The position numbers and the translations under genes were made by a program. A stretch of 64,000 bases of DNA from Squalus acanthias (Eukaryota), in contig JASTWF010000034.1 in NCBI GenBank assembly GCA_030390025.1, positions 2,170,001 through 2,234,000 on the forward strand, read 5' to 3'. The notes beneath the pieces are model-generated. The model worked only from the letters and a program-made list of their open reading frames with translations. It had not been told where the DNA came from and made no database searches. Positions within the stretch are counted from its first letter, which is position 1, and the number at the start of each line of letters is the position of its first letter. This document shows positions 59,708 through 64,000 of the stretch, one piece after another.

Positions 59708-62700
59708 GTAAGTCTCTCTATCCAGCTATTCTGTTAACCATGTTTTACTGTATTACTGTTCGTGTCATTTACTCTCCCCTCCTTGCTGCAGTTGTTGTTC
59801 TGGTAAGTCTCTGTATCCAGCTATTAACCCTGTAAACCTTTGCTAACTGTATTACTATTCTTCATTCTTTGCTGCTGTTGGTGTCGTTGGTAAGTCTCTA
59901 TATCCAGAAATTGGGTCTGTAAACCACGTTTCACTGTATTACTGTTTGTCATTTAAATCTTGAGAAGAGCGCAGCCATTGTCTTCGGTCCTCGTCACAAA
60001 CTCCATTCTCTATCTACCGATTCATTCCCCCTCCCTGGTCAATGTCTGAGGCTGAACCAGGCTGTTTGCAACCTCTGCGATCTTTTTGTCCCTGAGCTGA
60101 GTTCCGAACTCATATCCTCTGAATCACCATTCCTGCCGACTGCCACCCCCAAAATTTCACCCATCTCCGCTCCACCTCAGCCCTTCCGCTGCATAAACCC
60201 TCATCCGTGCCTTTGTTATATCCAGACTCGATTATTCCAATACTCTCCTGGCCGGCCTCCCAGTAACAAGCCTCCATAAACTAGAGCTCATCCAAAACTC
60301 TGCTGCCCATATCCTAACACACATCATATCCCGTTCACCCATCACCCCTGTGATCACTGACCAACATTGGCTGCCGATCCGGCAACAACTCGATTTAAAT
60401 ATTCTCCTCCTCATGTTCAAATCCCACCATGGCCTCACCCGTGCAATTAGTACCATTCCCTTGCTCTTTTCCCATAGTCCTGCAAATTGTACCCCTTCAG
60501 GTATTTATAAAATTCCACTTTTAAAGTTAATTTATTTCCCTCTGTACCTCTCCCTGTCTTTCAGTCTGTATTTTTATTTCTCTCATTCTCCCTTTCTCTC
60601 TCTCCCCCTCTTCTCTCTCTCTCTGTCTCTTGCTCATAGAATCATCGAACGGTACATCACATACAGAGACCATTCGGCCCATCGTGTCCGTGCCGTCTCT
60701 TTGAAAGAGTTATCAATTCAGTCCTACTCTTTAATCAGAGCCCCATAAAAATTCCCCTTCATCTAATTACCCCATTCCCTTTCGAAATTTACTATTGAAT
60801 CTGCTTCCACCACGTTCTCACTCAGTGCATTCTAGATCACATCTCACTGCGTAAAGAACATCCTCATCTCTCCTCTGGTTCTTTTGCCAATTACTTCAAA
60901 TTTGTTTCCTCTGGTTACCCACCATTCTGCCTCTGGAAACAGACTTACTTAATCTATCAAAACCCATTACAATCTGGAATATCTATACTAAATCTCCCCT
61001 GATGGAAAAGGACAAAGAAAGACCAGGTTTAAAAATTTCAATTGGGGAAAGGCTAAATTTACTCAGCTGAGATGTGATTTAGGAAAAGTGGACTAGAAAC
61101 AGCTTCTTAATTGGAAATCAGTGCAGAGCTGTGGGAAGCATTCAAGGAGGAGATAGTGAGGGCTCAGAGCAAATATATTCCCAAAAAGATAAAGGATGGG
61201 ACTTCCAAATCTAGAGCCCCCTGGATGTCAAGGGGAATACAGGGTAGGATAAGGGAAAAAAAGGGAAGCTTCTGTCAGATACCGAGAGCTCAATACGACA
61301 GAAAGGCGAGAGGGGTATAGAAAGTGCAGGGGTGAAATTAAAAAGGAAATTGGGAAAGCAAAGAGATGGAATCAAAAAATATTGGCAAGTAAAATCAAGG
61401 AAAACCCAAAGATGATTTATGCATACATCAAGAGCAAGAGGATAACTAAGGAAAGAGTCTGGCCTATTATAGAACAAACAGTGAATCTGTGTGTAGAGGC
61501 GGAGGACGTGGATATGGTTCTTAATAAATACTTTGTGTCTGTCTTCACAGAAGAGTGAGATGATGTAGACATTGTAGTTAAGGAGGAGGAGTGTGAAATA
61601 TTAGATGAGACAAACATAGTGAGAGAGGAAACAATAAGGTGTTTAGCATCTTTGAAAGTAGATAAATCACGAGGCTCGGATGAAATGTATCCCAGGCTTT
61701 TAAGGGAGGAAATAGCGGAGGCTCAGACCATCATTTTCCAATCCTCTCTGGCTACAGGCGAAATGCAAGATTAATCAAGGACAGTCAGCATGGCAATGTT
61801 AAGGGAATGTCGTGTCTGACTAAATGGATTGAATTTTTTGAGCAGGTAATGAGGAGGGTCGATGAGGGGAGTGCATTTGATGTAGTCCACGTAGATATTA
61901 GTAAGGCCTTTGACAAGGTCCCAAATGATAGGTTGGTCATTGGATCCAAGGGAAAGTGGCAAGTTGGATCCAAAATTGGCTCAGTGGCAGGAAGCAAAGG
62001 TCGTAATGGTCAACGGGTGTTTTTGTGACTGGAAGGTTGCTTCCAGCGGGGTTCCACAGGGCTCAGTACTAGGTCCCCTGCTATTTGTGGTATATATTAA
62101 TGAATTAGACTTCAGTGTTGGGGCCATGATGAAGAAGGTTGCACATGATACAAAAATTGGCCGTGTGGTTGGTAGTGAGGAAGAAAGCTGTCGACTGCAA
62201 GAAGATATCAATGGACTGGTCAGGTGAGCAGAACAGTGGCAAATGGACTTCATTTCGGAGAAGTGTGAGGTAATGCATTGGTGGCGGGCTAACAAAAAGG
62301 GAATACACAATAAATGGCAGGATACTGAGAGGTGCAGTGGAACAGAGGGACCTTGGAGTACATTTCCACATATCTCTAAAACTATCAGGACATGTACATA
62401 GGGTGGTTAAAAAGTAATGTGGGATACATTGCTTTATTAGTCGAAGCATAGAATATAAAAACAGGGAGTTTATGCTAGAACTGTATAAAACACCAATTAG
62501 GCCACAGCTAGAATACTGCGTACAATTTTGGTCAAAATATTACAGGAAAGATGTGATTGCATTTGAGACATTATAGAGGAGATTTACGTGGATGTTGCCA
62601 AGACTGGGGAATAGTTTGGGGTTCTTTACTTTGGAACAGAGGAGGCTGAGGGGAGATTTAATTGAGGTGTATAACATTATGAGGGGCCTAGATAGAGAGG

Positions 62701-63044
62701 ATAGCAAGCACCTATTTCACCTGGCAGAGAGGTCAATAACCAAGGAGCATAGATTTAAAGTAATTGGTAGAAGGATTAGACGGGAGATGAGAATTTGTTT
62801 CACCCAGAGGGCGGTGCGGGTCTGAAACTCAAGGCCTGAAATGGTGGTAGAGGCAGAAACCCTCATCACGTTTAAAACGTACATGGATATGCACTTGAAG
62901 TGCCATCACCTACAGGATTAGGGACCAAGAGCTGGAAAGTGGGATTAAGCTGGAAAGCTCTATTTCGACCGGCGCAGATGCAATGGGCCAAATGGCCTCC
63001 TTCTGTGCCATAAATTTCGACGATTCTACAATTCTGTGATGTTT

Positions 63045-63585
63045 AACCTTCGCTGATCTAAAAAGAACAATCCCAGCTTCTTCTGTCTCTCCACGTAATT
63101 GAAGATCCAGATCCCTGGTACCATTCTGGCAAATCTCCTCTACACCTTCTCTAATCCTTGACATGCTTGCCAAAGTGTGGTGCTCAGAATGGGACACAAT
63201 ACTCCAGCTGGGGTCTAACCAATGCTTTTTAAAAGGTTAACATTTCTACCTGGATTTTGTTACTCTGTGTCTCTCTTTATAAAGCCAAGGACTCCGTATG
63301 CTTTATTAACAGCCATCGCTACTTGTCCTGCCACCTTCAATGATTTGTGTAAGTACACACCAGGTCTCTCTGATCGTGCACCCGCTTTGAAATTGTACCG
63401 TTTAGTTGATATTGCCTCTGCTCACGCTTCCTACCAACATGTATCACTTCACCCTTCTCTGTGTTAAATTGTATCTGCCCATTTCACCAGTCTGTCTGCG
63501 ACCTCCTGAATTTCTTTTACTATCATTCTCACTGGTTATTAACATTTCCGAGTTTTCTGTCATTTTCAAACTTTGAAATCATGCG
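63045..63585 (-). mobile_element. Old CR1 RT C-terminal fragment
   Basis: rc PQLEYCVPF, QRRFARMVPG, EKLGLFF remnants. Confidence 0.65.
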
Positions 63586-63589
63586 CTGT

Positions 63590-64000
63590 CATAGAGTCAT
63601 CGATAGTTATAGTTATACAGCACAGAAAGGGGCCCTTCGGCCCATTGTGTCCGCGCCGGCCATCAAGCCCTATCTATTCTATTCCCATTTTCCAGCACTT
63701 GGTCCGTAGCCTTGTATGCTATGGCATTTCAAGTGCTCATCTCAATGCTTCTTGAATGCTGTGAGGGTTCCTGCCTCTACCACCGTTTCAGGCAGTGAGT
63801 TCCAGATTCCAACCACACTCTAGGTGAAATTTTTTTTCCTCAAATCCCCTCTAAACCTCCTGCCCCTTACCTTGAAACCATGTGCCCTGGTGATTGACCC
63901 CTCTACTAAGGGGGAAATTCCTTTCTATCTACCCTTTCTATTCCCCTCATAATTTTGTACACCTCAATCAGGTCCCCCTGCAGCCTTCTCTGCTCCAAGG
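63590..64000 (-). mobile_element. CR1 3' end
   Basis: rc LEQRRLQGDLIEVYKIMRG...; tail-like ATAGAGTCATCGATAGTTATAGTT. Confidence 0.75.

Larger units (their letters stand above)
55199..62966. repeat. Right arm of the inverted segmental duplication (partner 15380-23420)
   Basis: Reverse-complement match: 15380 pairs with 62966 (GAAATAGAGC/GCTCTATTTC) and 23420 pairs with 55199. Confidence 0.95.

Overview
Eukaryotic, repeat-dense genomic DNA, most likely from a cartilaginous fish (shark). This is inferred from the CR1-dominated LINE content, SacSINE1/Deu-type SINEs, Penelope-like terminal repeats and GPR139-like exons. Most of the window is nested non-LTR retrotransposon fragments (CR1, L2 and a third RT family), a Harbinger-type MITE and at least eight tandem arrays. 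One 28-bp G4-type satellite flips orientation across a 500-N gap. Non-repeat content: three first exons of GPR139-like GPCR genes with a shared promoter signature and no second exon in the window, a Myb/SANT exon fused just behind one of them, a CpG-promoter C2H2 zinc-finger pseudogene, and a divergent pair of decayed tRNA genes (Ser, Asn). Two GPR139-like exons lie in the arms of an ~8 kb inverted segmental duplication (15380-23420 / 55199-62966). They differ only by amino-acid-changing substitutions in the ectodomain and only by silent ones in TM1. This is the best candidate for an under-described system: a diversifying GPCR family with variable first-exon cassettes. All calls were made by eye with no database search, and repeat boundaries are approximate.
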